Positions 9,627 to 19,774 are shown, numbered from the stretch's first letter. The stretch is 64,000 nucleotides of DNA from Treponemataceae bacterium (GCA_963678065.2 CAXXVZ010000003.1:512001-576000); one strand, 5' to 3'. The notes: generated from the sequence alone by a model not told the origin. A program made the numbers and translations.

Positions 9627-11723
9627 TCAGTCCTCTTCCTCTTCCTGAACCCTGAATGCCTGGGCGGCCTTGACGACGTCCTCGGCCACCTTGCCGGTTA
9701 TCGGCGAGTAGTGGTCAAAGTCAATCTCGAAGCTTCCGGTTCCACTCGTCATGGAGCGGAGGTCGATGGCATAGCGCAGAAGCTCCGCGTGCGGGACCTG
9801 AGCGTCGATCTCGACGATGCCACCGCCGAGCGGGTTCTGCCCGGAGATGCGTCCACGGCGGCCGGACAGGTCGGACATGACGTCTCCGAGATTCTTTTCC
9901 TCGACGAAGACCCTGAGGTTCATGATGGGCTCGAGGAGGACGGCGTTGGCGTGCCGGCATGCCTCGCGGAAGGCTCCGCGGCTCGCGATCTTGAACGCCA
10001 TCTCGGAGGAATCGACGGGGTGCTCTTTTCCATCCGTGATCGCGGTCTTGACGTCCACCACGGGATATCCTGCGACAATGCCCATCTCCATGGCCTGATG
10101 GATTCCTTTCTCGATTCCCGGTATGAATCCGCGCGAAACGGCGCCGCCGAAAACCTTGTTCTCGAACTCGTATCCCTTTCCCCGCTCGAGAGGTTCGACG
10201 TCGAAGACGACGCGCGCGTACTGGCCATGGCCTCCAGTCTGCTTCTTGTGGGTGTATTCCGCCGTAGCCTTCTTGGAGATGGTCTCGCGGTAGGCCACGC
10301 GGGGAACGCGGGTCTCGACGGCTATCTTCTGAGCGTTTTTGATCTTGTCGAGGACCATGTTGATCTGGAGTTCGCCCATGCCGGATATGACGGTTTCTTT
10401 GGTTTCCGCGTTGAAGTGAACCTGGAAGGTGAGATCTTCTTCCGATGCTTTGAGGAGCATCTCGTTGAGTTTGTCCTCTTCCTTCTTGTTGACGGCCGAT
10501 ATGGCGAGAGTGTGGACGGGAGTGGGAAGGAGGAGGTGGCTGAAAGTGAAAGTCTTGTCCATCCCCGAAATAGTGTCGTTCGTCTTGAGCGAAGCGGCCT
10601 TGGCGATGATGCCGATGTCGCCGGCGACCAGTTCCCTGGCCTCCTCGAGCTTCTTGCCCTGACAGGTGTAGACCTTGCCGAGTTTTTCTTTGCGCCCGTC
10701 GCGCGCGTTTGCGATCTCGACGTCGGCCGCGATGATTCCTGTGATGACTTTTACGTAGGAAAGGCGCCCGGAGAACTGGTCGATCTGCGTCTTGATGACC
10801 ATGGCGGAGGCGGGCTTGGCGGAATCGACGGTGAGTTCGCTCTCGGCTCCTGAGGAATCCTTGACCGTTTCGGGGCTGAGATGGGCCGGGTTCGGGGCGA
10901 CAGCGGCGATGAACTCGAGGAGGGCGGCCGTGCCGGCGTTCCTGAGACCTGAACCGGCGAAAGCCGGGATGATCCTGTTGGAAGCGAGTGCCTCCTTCAG
11001 TCCTTTCATGGTTTCTTCCTGCGTGAGTTCGCCTTCGAGCAGGTATTTTTCCATGAGTTCGTCATCGCCCTCAGCCGCAGCTTCGGAGAGCATGGCGCGG
11101 TATTCCGCCACGCTGTCAGCCAGCTCGGCGGGGATGGGCTTTGCGCTCTCTTTCTGGTCGTGGGAAGCGGGGAGGGGATAGTATTTCTGGTTGAGGATGT
11201 CGACGATGCCTTTGAGTGCCGGGCCCTCGCCATCCGGAATGGAGACGGCGACAGGAGTCACCTTGAACTTATCCTTGATGTCGGCGAGGGAATTCGCGAA
11301 AGAAGCGCGCTCCTCGTCCAGGTGAGAGATGAACATCATGCGCGGTTTCGTGCGCTTTTCCAGATTGCGCCAGAGTTTGATCGTCTCGATCTGGACGCCT
11401 GTCTTGCCGTTTACGAGGACGATGACGTTCTCGCAGGCCCTGAATGCGAGTATTACCTCGCCGATGAAGTCGCCGGATCCGGGGGTGTCGAGGAAGTTCA
11501 CCTTGACGTCCCCGACGTTCAGGTGGGAGAGTGAAGCGTGAACGGAAATTTTCCGCGAGATTTCATCCTCGCCGTAATCGCTGACGGTTTTGCCCGAATC
11601 GATCGTCTCCGGCTTGGGAATGGCACCACCCTGAAAAAGTAGGTGCTCGAGAAGTGTCGTTTTACCGGTGCCACCGTGGCCAGCTATGGCCACATTCCGG
11701 ATGAGGTCGGTCGAATTCGCCAT
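9627..11723 (-). CDS. fusA: elongation factor G paralog (EF-G II/EF-G2 type)
   Basis: GHGGTGKTT, DTPG, GMGELQ, HKKQTGGHGQY, VDSSEMAF, LRSMTSG; lacks the RGITI effector motif of canonical EF-G. Confidence 0.9.
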   Translation of the reverse strand: MANSTDLIRNVAIAGHGGTGKTTLLEHLLFQGGAIPKPETIDSGKTVSDYGEDEISRKISVHASLSHLNVGDVKVNFLDTPGSGDFIGEVILAFRACENVIVLVNGKTGVQIETIKLWRNLEKRTKPRMMFISHLDEERASFANSLADIKDKFKVTPVAVSIPDGEGPALKGIVDILNQKYYPLPASHDQKESAKPIPAELADSVAEYRAMLSEAAAEGDDELMEKYLLEGELTQEETMKGLKEALASNRIIPAFAGSGLRNAGTAALLEFIAAVAPNPAHLSPETVKDSSGAESELTVDSAKPASAMVIKTQIDQFSGRLSYVKVITGIIAADVEIANARDGRKEKLGKVYTCQGKKLEEARELVAGDIGIIAKAASLKTNDTISGMDKTFTFSHLLLPTPVHTLAISAVNKKEEDKLNEMLLKASEEDLTFQVHFNAETKETVISGMGELQINMVLDKIKNAQKIAVETRVPRVAYRETISKKATAEYTHKKQTGGHGQYARVVFDVEPLERGKGYEFENKVFGGAVSRGFIPGIEKGIHQAMEMGIVAGYPVVDVKTAITDGKEHPVDSSEMAFKIASRGAFREACRHANAVLLEPIMNLRVFVEEKNLGDVMSDLSGRRGRISGQNPLGGGIVEIDAQVPHAELLRYAIDLRSMTSGTGSFEIDFDHYSPITGKVAEDVVKAAQAFRVQEEEED

Positions 11724-11782
11724 ACGTGCTCCTTGCAGGAAAATAGGTACAGTATTCCAGTATCGCTACGGTAAACCGAAGT

Positions 11783-11810
11783 ATTATAAACTGGTCTTTC
11801 CTGATGTCAA
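11783..11810 (-). promoter_or_regulatory. consensus sigma70 promoter of the EF-G paralog
   Basis: TTGACA-16 nt-TATAAT on minus strand. Confidence 0.75.
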
Positions 11811-11921
11811 CAGACAACCTTTCCTTTCGAACCGAAATCCGGAAAGGCGAGGAGAGGGATGTGGCGGAAGGGGAAATGCAGAACGCATGCGCTTATCAGG
11901 AAACAATTACGAAAAAAGATA

Positions 11922-11995
11922 TGGGACCAGAGGGGCTCGAACCCCCGACCTGCTGCTTAGAAGGCAGCTGCTCTATCCTGTTGAGCTATGATCCC
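11922..11995 (-). tRNA. tRNA-Arg (anticodon TCT)
   Basis: Cloverleaf GGGATCA...TGGTCCC-A, anticodon loop CTTCTAA, GTTCGAG T-loop; no encoded CCA. Confidence 0.93.
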
Positions 11996-12084
11996 GTGTT
12001 CGCCGCATTTCCTGCGCCAACGAGGCAGTCTTCCGCCATGGATGCCCGGCATTGCCTGTCCCCTGCAAGCGCTGGACGAGCGCT

Positions 12085-12157
12085 TCGGGATGGGCGGATT
12101 TGAACCGCCGATCTCTTGCTCCCAAAGCAAGCGCCTTAGCCTCTAGGCTACATCCCG
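12085..12157 (-). tRNA. tRNA-Pro (anticodon TGG)
   Basis: CGGGATG...CATCCCG-A acceptor, CTTGC-TTTGGGA-GCAAG anticodon arm, GTTCAAAT T-loop. Confidence 0.93.
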
Positions 12158-12171
12158 CAGAATAGGATTAA

Positions 12172-12199
12172 ATTATTCCGCACGAGCCTGCCGTGTCAA
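12172..12199 (-). promoter_or_regulatory. putative promoter of the tRNA pair
   Basis: TTGACA-16 nt-AATAAT just upstream of tRNA-Pro. Confidence 0.55.
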
Positions 12200-12288
12200 G
12201 CGCGGCAGCCGCGCACAGAGCGTGGGCCACAGGCACGGGCCCTGCCAGGGGCTTTGAAAGAAATGCGGAATCTCTATGTTTTCTCTCG

Positions 12289-12317
12289 TTGACTGAGCGC
12301 GTAAATGGATATATAAA
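12289..12317 (+). promoter_or_regulatory. putative promoter of the V-ATPase operon
   Basis: TTGACT-17 nt-TATAAA. Confidence 0.55.
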
Positions 12318-12483
12318 TGCAATGCTGCATAAGCATTCTGCAGAGTCCGGAGCCCATTGGGGAATCCTGGAAGCAAATAAAGCAAGCATAATCTCCCAGT
12401 GTCGCCGATACTTTGTACTTGAGTTTCAGTCAAAGCGGCGGACAGGAAAGTGACGTCAATTACGGTTGTATCGAGAGGACGCA

Positions 12484-13098
12484 ATGGACATTCAGCTCCA
12501 GGAATTGCTCGACAAGATCAAGACTGAAGGTGTCGAGACTGCTCGCAGCCAGGCCGCGAAGATCGTGGCAGAGGCCGAAGCCAGGGCCAGAGCCATTCTG
12601 GCCGACGCGGACAAGGAAGCAAAATCGATCCGTGAATCCGCCCGGACGGATGCGGCGCGGAACGTCGAGGCCGGCAACGCGGCCCTCGCCCAGTCGGCAC
12701 GGGATCTCATCCTTTCCTTTAAAGACAGGATTTCCGAAATGCTCGACGCGGCGGTCCTGACGTATGCCTCCGCCTCCATGACACAGCCACTCCTCGAGGA
12801 AATTCTTCCGGAGGTCCTCAAGAAGTCCTTCGCTTCCGGGTCCGGCGATGTCTCGGTCCTTCTCGCTCCCGAAATTCTCGAACGCCTGGACCGAGGCTTC
12901 GCCGGCAGGCTGGCCGCAGAACTGAAGCGTGGCGTCGAGATCAAGCCGCTGGCAGGAGTTCCTGTCGGATTCCGCATCGCCGAGAAGGACGGTTTTGTCC
13001 ACTACGACTACTCCGCCGAAGCTGTCGCCGGGCTTTTGGCCAGGCGGCTCAACGCCCGTCTCTCCGAAATCGTACGGAGCGCGGTGAAGAAGGGATGA
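12484..13098 (+). CDS. V-type ATP synthase subunit E
   Basis: MDIQLQELLDKIKTEGV N-terminus, long Ala-rich helix; first gene of operon; RBS GAGG. Confidence 0.88.
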   Translation: MDIQLQELLDKIKTEGVETARSQAAKIVAEAEARARAILADADKEAKSIRESARTDAARNVEAGNAALAQSARDLILSFKDRISEMLDAAVLTYASASMTQPLLEEILPEVLKKSFASGSGDVSVLLAPEILERLDRGFAGRLAAELKRGVEIKPLAGVPVGFRIAEKDGFVHYDYSAEAVAGLLARRLNARLSEIVRSAVKKG

Positions 13099-13102
13099 GG
13101 CC

Positions 13103-13675
13103 GTGAGCCGCTATTACTATTTCGCGGCTACGCTGCCCAGCCTCGCGTTCGGCGCTCCCTCCCCCATGACGAGCGCGGAATTTCTCGAGCGTTGTCGGGT
13201 TCACCTCGCGCAGGATGATTGTGCCGTCGTCGCCGCAGCCGTTCTGTCCTCGGAGGCTGGATCTCCTCCTAAGGCCTCGACCACGTCGGGCTTCCTTTCA
13301 GCGTACTATGCGTGGGAGAGGTCTCTGCGCAACGCTCTCGTTCTTCTCCGTTCGCACCGGCTCGGCAAGTCGGGAGAACGATGGCAGAGGTCCTCGAAAC
13401 GGAGCGACGACGCCGTACGCGCCGCTGCCTTCGTCTTCCAGGCTGCGACTCCTCTCGAAGGAGAGATCGCCCTTGAACGCGAGCGCTGGACCTTCATCGA
13501 TGGCGCCTGCGCACGCTCCGTCTTCGAACTCGACTCCCTCATCGCCTATGCACTCAGGATACAGATACTCGAACGCCTCTCCGGCCTCGTACCCGAAAAA
13601 GGGGAAGCCGGATACAAAGAAGCCTGCGCCGCTATTCTCGGCGGGGCCGAAACCAGCGACTCACGCGGAGTTTGA
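13103..13675 (+). CDS. DUF2764 family protein (probable V-ATPase C-like subunit)
   Basis: YYYFAATLP, WERSLRNAL; position between E and A. Confidence 0.75.
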   Translation: MSRYYYFAATLPSLAFGAPSPMTSAEFLERCRVHLAQDDCAVVAAAVLSSEAGSPPKASTTSGFLSAYYAWERSLRNALVLLRSHRLGKSGERWQRSSKRSDDAVRAAAFVFQAATPLEGEIALERERWTFIDGACARSVFELDSLIAYALRIQILERLSGLVPEKGEAGYKEACAAILGGAETSDSRGV

Positions 13676-15447
13676 TGATGAGCACTACTACAGGTAAAGT
13701 GACCGGCGTCAACGGCAACATGGTCACGGTCCGCGCCGAGGGTGCGGTTTCCATGAACGAGGTCGCCTACATCCACAAGGGCGAAAAAAAGCTGAAGAGC
13801 GAAGTCATCCGCATCCGCGGCGATCTCGTCCAGGTGCAGGTTTTCGAGATCACCAAGGGCATCGTCGTGGGCGACAGGGTCGACTTCACGGGCGAACTCC
13901 TCTCCGTCGAACTCGGACCGGGGCTCCTCGGACAGATCTACGACGGTCTGCAGAATCCGCTTCCCCTCATCGCGCTCGAGACGGGCAACTTCCTCGAGCC
14001 GGGCGTGTACCGGAGCGCCCTGTCGCGCGAGGCGAAGTGGAACTTCACCCCCGCGGTGAAGGCTGGAGAACTTGTCACGGCGGGCGACACCCTCGGGACA
14101 GTTCCCGAAGGTTCATTCACGCACAGAATCATGGTTCCTTTTACATATAAAGGAAACTGGACAGTCAAGACCCTCGTCCCCGCGGGCTCCTACACCCTCG
14201 CGTCGACGATCGCGACCCTCGTCGACGCAAAGGGCCGTGCCGCGGATGTGAGCATGGTCTTCACATGGCCCGTCAAGCGCGCGGTCGACTGCTACGAGGA
14301 ACGGCTCAAGCCCGTCGAACCGATGGTGACCCGCACGCGGATCATCGATACATTCTTCCCTGTCGCCCGAGGCGGCACCTACTGCATCCCCGGCCCCTTC
14401 GGTGCAGGCAAGACAGTCCTCCAGCAGGTCACGAGCCGCAACGCCGACGTCGATATCGTCATCATCGCCGCCTGCGGCGAGCGTGCGGGCGAGGTAGTCG
14501 AAACCCTGAAGGAATTCCCCGAACTCACAGACCCGCGGACGGGCCGCTCCCTCATGGAGCGCACCATCATCATCTGCAACACCTCGTCGATGCCCGTTGC
14601 GAGCCGCGAAGCCTCCGTATACACGGCTGTCACCCTCGCGGAGTACTACCGTCAGATGGGGCTCAACGTTCTCCTCCTCGCGGACTCCACCAGCCGCTGG
14701 GCCCAGGCCATGCGCGAGATGTCCGGCCGCCTGGAAGAGATCCCCGGCGAGGAGGCATTCCCCGCCTACCTCGAGTCCGTCATAGCCGGTTTCTACGAGC
14801 GGGCGGGCATCGTCCGCCTCAAGGATGGATCAACAGGATCTGTCACGATCGGCGGCACGGTTTCACCCGCGGGCGGAAACTTCGAGGAGCCCGTCACTCA
14901 GGCGACACTCAAAGTCGTCGGCTCCTTCCACGGCCTCTCCCGCGAGCGTTCGGACGCCCGCAAGTATCCAGCCATCCATCCCCTCGATTCCTGGTCAAAG
15001 TACCGGGGAATCATGCCGGTGGCGGCTGTCGGCTACGCCCATGAGATCCTCGAGCGCAGCGCCGAGGTTGGCCAGATGATGAAGGTCGTCGGCGAGGAGG
15101 GAACCTCCCTGGACGATTACATCGTCTACCAGAAGGGCGAGCTGCTCGACGCCGCCTACCTGCAGCAGAATTCCTTCGACCCCGTGGATTCCTCCGTCAG
15201 CCCCGAGCGCCAGAAGTTCACCTTCCGCTTCATCATCGAGGTTCTCGCAGCCGAGATCTCGGCCAAGGATAAGGAAGACGCGCGCGTCTGGTTCAACGGC
15301 CTCCGCCAGAAATTCCTCGACCTCAACGGCACGGAATGGCGTTCGGAGCGCTTCGAAACCCTGAGAGACGATCTCGCCGCGCTGATCTCGGCCAGGCGGA
15401 AATCCACCGATGCCCGCGGCACGCGCTGCATAGAGGCCCTGGAGTAA
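13675..15447 (+). CDS. V-type ATP synthase subunit A (catalytic)
   Basis: GPFGAGKT, CGERAGE, ADSTSRWAQA, PGEEAFPAYL. Confidence 0.96.
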   Translation: MMSTTTGKVTGVNGNMVTVRAEGAVSMNEVAYIHKGEKKLKSEVIRIRGDLVQVQVFEITKGIVVGDRVDFTGELLSVELGPGLLGQIYDGLQNPLPLIALETGNFLEPGVYRSALSREAKWNFTPAVKAGELVTAGDTLGTVPEGSFTHRIMVPFTYKGNWTVKTLVPAGSYTLASTIATLVDAKGRAADVSMVFTWPVKRAVDCYEERLKPVEPMVTRTRIIDTFFPVARGGTYCIPGPFGAGKTVLQQVTSRNADVDIVIIAACGERAGEVVETLKEFPELTDPRTGRSLMERTIIICNTSSMPVASREASVYTAVTLAEYYRQMGLNVLLLADSTSRWAQAMREMSGRLEEIPGEEAFPAYLESVIAGFYERAGIVRLKDGSTGSVTIGGTVSPAGGNFEEPVTQATLKVVGSFHGLSRERSDARKYPAIHPLDSWSKYRGIMPVAAVGYAHEILERSAEVGQMMKVVGEEGTSLDDYIVYQKGELLDAAYLQQNSFDPVDSSVSPERQKFTFRFIIEVLAAEISAKDKEDARVWFNGLRQKFLDLNGTEWRSERFETLRDDLAALISARRKSTDARGTRCIEALE

Positions 15448-15450
15448 GTC

Positions 15451-16752
15451 ATGAACAAAGTATACTCACGCATCGAATCGATCACGGGCAACGTCATCGT
15501 CGTCAAGGCGGCCGATGTCGCCTACGGCGAACTCGCCACGGTCACGACCCGCTACGGCGTCTCCCTCGCCGAAGTCATCCGCCTCGACAACGACCTCGTT
15601 TCCCTCCAGGTTTTCGCCGGCGGACGGGGCATCTCCACGGGCGACGAAGTCCGCTTCCTCGGCCATCCGATGCAGGTCAGCTTCTCCGACGATCTCATGG
15701 GCCGCATCTTCGACGGAGCAGGCGAGCCCCGCGACTCCGGCCCTGTCCTCAGCGAGAACCTCATCACCATCGGCGGCCCCTCGGTCAACCCCGTCAACCG
15801 CATCATTCCCCGCGAGATGATACGCACCGGCATCCCGATGATCGACCTCTTCAACACCCTCGTGAAGAGCCAGAAGCTGCCGATCTTCTCGGTCTCCGGC
15901 GAACCGTACAACCAGCTCCTCGCGCGCATCGCCATGCAGGCCGAGGTCGACCTCATCATCCTCGGCGGCATGGGACTCAAATACGACGACTACCTCTTCT
16001 TCCGCGACGCGCTGGAGGAGGGAGGCTCCCTCGCCAACACGATCATGTTCGTCCACACGGCGGCCGACCCCGTCGTCGAGTGCCTCATGGTTCCGGACAT
16101 CTCCCTCGCGGTCGCCGAGCGCTTCGCCCTCAAGGGCAAGAACGTCCTCGTCCTCCTCACGGACATGACGAACTTCGCGGACGCCATGAAAGAGATCGCC
16201 ATCACCCAGGAGCAGGTTCCCTCCAACCGCGGCTACCCTGGCGATCTCTACTCCCAGCTCGCCGCGCGGTATGAAAAGGCCGTCGACTTCTCCGATGCCG
16301 GCTCCATCACGATTCTCGCTGTCACGACCATGCCCGGCGACGACGTCACCCATCCTGTTCCGGACAACACGGGATACATCACGGAAGGCCAGTTCTATCT
16401 CCGCGGCGGCCGCATCGAGCCCTTCGGCTCCCTGTCCCGGCTCAAACAGATGGTCAACGGCAAAACCCGCGTCGACCACCGCGCCATCATGGACGGCATG
16501 ATCAAGCTCTACGCCGCCTACAAGGACACACTCGAGAAAAAATCCATGGGCTTCCACATGACCGAGTGGGATTCCAAGCTCCTGCGCTACGGCCAGGCAT
16601 TCGAGCGCGAGATGATGGACCTCTCGGTGAACATCTCCCTCGAGGAATCCCTCGACAAGGGATGGGAAATCCTTGCCTCCTGCTTCGAACCTCAGGAAAC
16701 CGGCCTGCGCTCGGAGCTCCTCGACAAGTTCTGGCCCGGGAAAAAGGCCTAA
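15451..16752 (+). CDS. V-type ATP synthase subunit B
   Basis: [31 protein letters not shown]. Confidence 0.95.
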   Translation: MNKVYSRIESITGNVIVVKAADVAYGELATVTTRYGVSLAEVIRLDNDLVSLQVFAGGRGISTGDEVRFLGHPMQVSFSDDLMGRIFDGAGEPRDSGPVLSENLITIGGPSVNPVNRIIPREMIRTGIPMIDLFNTLVKSQKLPIFSVSGEPYNQLLARIAMQAEVDLIILGGMGLKYDDYLFFRDALEEGGSLANTIMFVHTAADPVVECLMVPDISLAVAERFALKGKNVLVLLTDMTNFADAMKEIAITQEQVPSNRGYPGDLYSQLAARYEKAVDFSDAGSITILAVTTMPGDDVTHPVPDNTGYITEGQFYLRGGRIEPFGSLSRLKQMVNGKTRVDHRAIMDGMIKLYAAYKDTLEKKSMGFHMTEWDSKLLRYGQAFEREMMDLSVNISLEESLDKGWEILASCFEPQETGLRSELLDKFWPGKKA

Positions 16753-16773
16753 GGGTCGCGGGAAAAAGCCGAT

Positions 16774-17388
16774 ATGGCAAAGATCAAGCTGACCAAGAAC
16801 GAACTCAAGAAGCAGAAAGACGCCCTGAAGATGTTCAGGCGATATCTGCCCACCCTCGTTCTCAAGAAACAGCAGCTGCAGATGGAGATCCGGGGGATAG
16901 AGTCCCGCCGCGCCTTCCTGCGCACGCGCCGCGATTCTCTGGACCGCGAATTCCGGTCCTGGATCGGCGTCTTCGGGGAAGCAAGGGCCGCCTACGGCGA
17001 TGATGGATTGCCCCTCATGCGCATAACCGCCGTGCGGACTTCGTCGGGCAACATCGCCGGTGTGGACATACCCGTCTTCGAGGGCGCCGATTTCGAGTTC
17101 GCGGATTACGACCTCTTCACGACGCCGCTGTGGGTGGACACGGCCCTCGACAGACTCAAGCAGGCCCTTCTGGTCGATCTCGAGATACGCGTCCTCGATG
17201 TCCAGATCCAGAGGCTCGCCTCCGAACTGAGAACCACCACCCAGCGCGTCAATCTTTTCGAGAAGGTAAAGATCCCCGAGACCCAGGACAACATCAAGCG
17301 GATCCGCATCTATCTGGGCGACCAGCAGACGGCTCAGGTCGTTCGCGGAAAGATTGCCAAGCGCAAAGTCGAAAGGACGGTCTCATGA
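16774..17388 (+). CDS. V-type ATP synthase subunit D
   Basis: KLTKNELK...LPTLVLKK, TQRVNLFEKVKIP. Confidence 0.93.
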   Translation: MAKIKLTKNELKKQKDALKMFRRYLPTLVLKKQQLQMEIRGIESRRAFLRTRRDSLDREFRSWIGVFGEARAAYGDDGLPLMRITAVRTSSGNIAGVDIPVFEGADFEFADYDLFTTPLWVDTALDRLKQALLVDLEIRVLDVQIQRLASELRTTTQRVNLFEKVKIPETQDNIKRIRIYLGDQQTAQVVRGKIAKRKVERTVS

Positions 17389-19259
17389 TCGCGCCCATGA
17401 AAAAGGTCTGGCTCGTCGTGCTCGACCGAGAACGGAGAACGGCCCTTGCCGCATTGCGCTCCCTGGGCGTCATGCACGTCGAGAGCCTTGCAGGCAAGGG
17501 CGTGGAGTGCGACAGCCTCGCACGCCAGCTTGCGAACGCAGAGAAGGCCGTGGGCATCCTGTCCACCGTCAAGACCGATGCGAGGGGCAAGCGAAAGGAC
17601 AGAAACCGGGGCAAGGCAGCCATTCAGGGCGCTATCGAGGCCTCAGAACGGATACGACAGCTTCACGAGGAATCAGCCGCTTTCGTGAGGGAATATGAAC
17701 GTATACGCGACTGGGGGGATTTCGACCCGGAAAGTTTCAGAGATCTCGCCGCAGCAGGATTCGAAATGAAAATTTTCGAGTGTCCTGTCCAGAGATTCAT
17801 GACTCTGACTGGGGAGCTTCCGGTGATACGGCTCGCGGCGCCAAAGGGAAGAGCCCGTTTTGTCCTCCTGCGCTCCACTCTGTTGGGAAGCGCCATACAG
17901 GCTGATTTTCCTGAATTGCCCTCCGATTTTGAAGAGTTCGACATTCCCGTACAGAGAGCTTCCGAGATTGAAAGCCGTATAAAGTCGCTGAAAGACAGCA
18001 TTGCCGATGAGGGTAGATCTCTCGGGGCCTTCGCCCGGGACCTTTCCTGCGCTGAATACGAAAAATCCTGCATTGTCTCCGAGCTTCGCTTCGAAACCCT
18101 CCGTTCCGGCATGGAATCCGCGGGCGACGTTGCTTATCTGGGCGGTTTTGTGCCTGCCTCGCGATTGGCCGAACTCGCGGCGGAAGCTCAAAAACATGGG
18201 TGGGGCCTCGCCTCCGACGAGCCTTCTCCCGACGAACTTCCGCCAACGAAGGTGGAGAATTCTCCCTTCGTCCGGATAATCGACCCTGTCTTCGAATTTC
18301 TCGGCACCGTGCCTAATTACCGCGAATATGACATATCTGCGTGGTTCCTCGGGTTTTTCTGTATTTATTTCGCCATGATTTTCGGTGATGGCGGATATGG
18401 CCTCATCCTCCTCGGAGCCGCCGTGTATTCCATCTTCCGTGCCAAGGCGAACGGAGGAGCCATTCCTGACGCGGTCAAGCTTCTCCTGCTTCTTGCGCTG
18501 ACGACGCTGGTCTGGGGAACTGCCACGGCGACATGGTTCGCCATTCCTGTGGACAGACTGCCCGGATTCCTGTTCGCGGTCGCCATCGAGCCCATACGGA
18601 ACGGCAATCCTGCCGCCGATACCAACATCAAGATCTTTTGCTTCATTCTCGGCGCGATACAGCTCTCCGTGGCACACATCAAGAACATAAAGCGGGATTT
18701 TCCGAACCTGAAGTTCCTCGCACAGGTGGGATCGCTGGCCATGGTCATCGGAATGTTCACCACAGTCCTCAACCTCGTCATCGATCCTGTCCGATTTCCG
18801 ATACCGATGTGGGCGGTGTGCCTGATCGCCGGTGGGTTTGTCCTCGTCTTCGTGTTCGGCAACTGGGAGGGAAATCTGCTGCAGAGCCTTGCGGCCGGCC
18901 TCAAAGGCATCATTCCGACCTTCCTCGGAACCGTCAGCGTTTTCGCGGACATCGTTTCCTACATCCGGCTTTGGGCTGTAGGCTTGGCCGGCCTCGCGAT
19001 TTCCCAGACAGTCAACGGCATGGCAACCGGCATGTTCGGCGATCCCGCTGGCCAGATCATAGCCTTCGCCTTGGGGGCTGTGATGGGAATCATTCTTCTC
19101 GCCGTCGGCCACGCGCTCAACTTGGTTATGAGCGTACTATCGGTTGTCGTCCACGGCATTCGGCTCAACATGCTCGAATTCTCCGGCCATCTCGGCATGG
19201 AGTGGTCGGGCTACAAATACGATCCTCTGCGGAAAACCGTGGACGGCTCGGACGAGTAA
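17385..19259 (+). CDS. V-type ATP synthase subunit I (a)
   Basis: MIAPMKKV start, FAMIFGDGGYG, DIVSYIRLWAVGLAG, HGIRLNMLEF; ATGA overlap with subunit D. Confidence 0.93.
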   Translation: MIAPMKKVWLVVLDRERRTALAALRSLGVMHVESLAGKGVECDSLARQLANAEKAVGILSTVKTDARGKRKDRNRGKAAIQGAIEASERIRQLHEESAAFVREYERIRDWGDFDPESFRDLAAAGFEMKIFECPVQRFMTLTGELPVIRLAAPKGRARFVLLRSTLLGSAIQADFPELPSDFEEFDIPVQRASEIESRIKSLKDSIADEGRSLGAFARDLSCAEYEKSCIVSELRFETLRSGMESAGDVAYLGGFVPASRLAELAAEAQKHGWGLASDEPSPDELPPTKVENSPFVRIIDPVFEFLGTVPNYREYDISAWFLGFFCIYFAMIFGDGGYGLILLGAAVYSIFRAKANGGAIPDAVKLLLLLALTTLVWGTATATWFAIPVDRLPGFLFAVAIEPIRNGNPAADTNIKIFCFILGAIQLSVAHIKNIKRDFPNLKFLAQVGSLAMVIGMFTTVLNLVIDPVRFPIPMWAVCLIAGGFVLVFVFGNWEGNLLQSLAAGLKGIIPTFLGTVSVFADIVSYIRLWAVGLAGLAISQTVNGMATGMFGDPAGQIIAFALGAVMGIILLAVGHALNLVMSVLSVVVHGIRLNMLEFSGHLGMEWSGYKYDPLRKTVDGSDE

Positions 19260-19274
19260 ATACAAGGAGAGATC

Positions 19275-19697
19275 ATGAACATCGCAATGATCGGCGCGGC
19301 ATGTGTCCTGGGATTTTCGGCTATCGGTTCATCCGTCGGTGCAGGTATCGCCGGCCAGGCCGCCATCGGTTCGTGGAAGCGGAGCTACATGGGCAACAAG
19401 CCCGGTTCCTTCCTGCTTGTCGCCTTCGCGGGAGCCCCGCTTACGCAGACTATCTACGGCTTTATCCTGATGGGAAGAATGCTCCAGTCCACTAAAGATC
19501 CCTTCCTTGTCCTGGCGGCGGGTATCATCTCCGGAATCGCCATGGGCATGTCCGCCATTGCCCAGGGGCAATGCTCTGCGGCAGGTTGCGACGCTTACGG
19601 GGAGACAGGAAAGGGCTTCGCAAACTACATCATCGTCGTCGGCTTGTGCGAAACTGTCGCCCTCTTCGTTATGGCTTTCACTTTCGGCGCGGTCTGA
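19275..19697 (+). CDS. V-type ATP synthase subunit K (c), Na+-type signature
   Basis: 4 TM helices; PLTQTIY, AIAQG, GLCET. Confidence 0.92.
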   Translation: MNIAMIGAACVLGFSAIGSSVGAGIAGQAAIGSWKRSYMGNKPGSFLLVAFAGAPLTQTIYGFILMGRMLQSTKDPFLVLAAGIISGIAMGMSAIAQGQCSAAGCDAYGETGKGFANYIIVVGLCETVALFVMAFTFGAV

Positions 19698-19774
19698 CCG
19701 CTACAGAATTCCTGCTCAACGTGAATCAATTTCGATAAACGTGAGCCGAGCCTGGCGTCCTTCGTACGGGGACG

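Noticed and set aside
11922..12157. tRNA-Arg/tRNA-Pro as integration sites
   Set aside because: No integrase, no duplicated tRNA 3' end and no foreign gene block nearby
17130..17384. Long N-terminal extensions in the ORF track (subunit I, nnr from 58036, 2Fe-2S from 28067, LCP from 38470, secA from 57371)
   Set aside because: They overlap upstream or divergent genes; family-typical starts lie downstream
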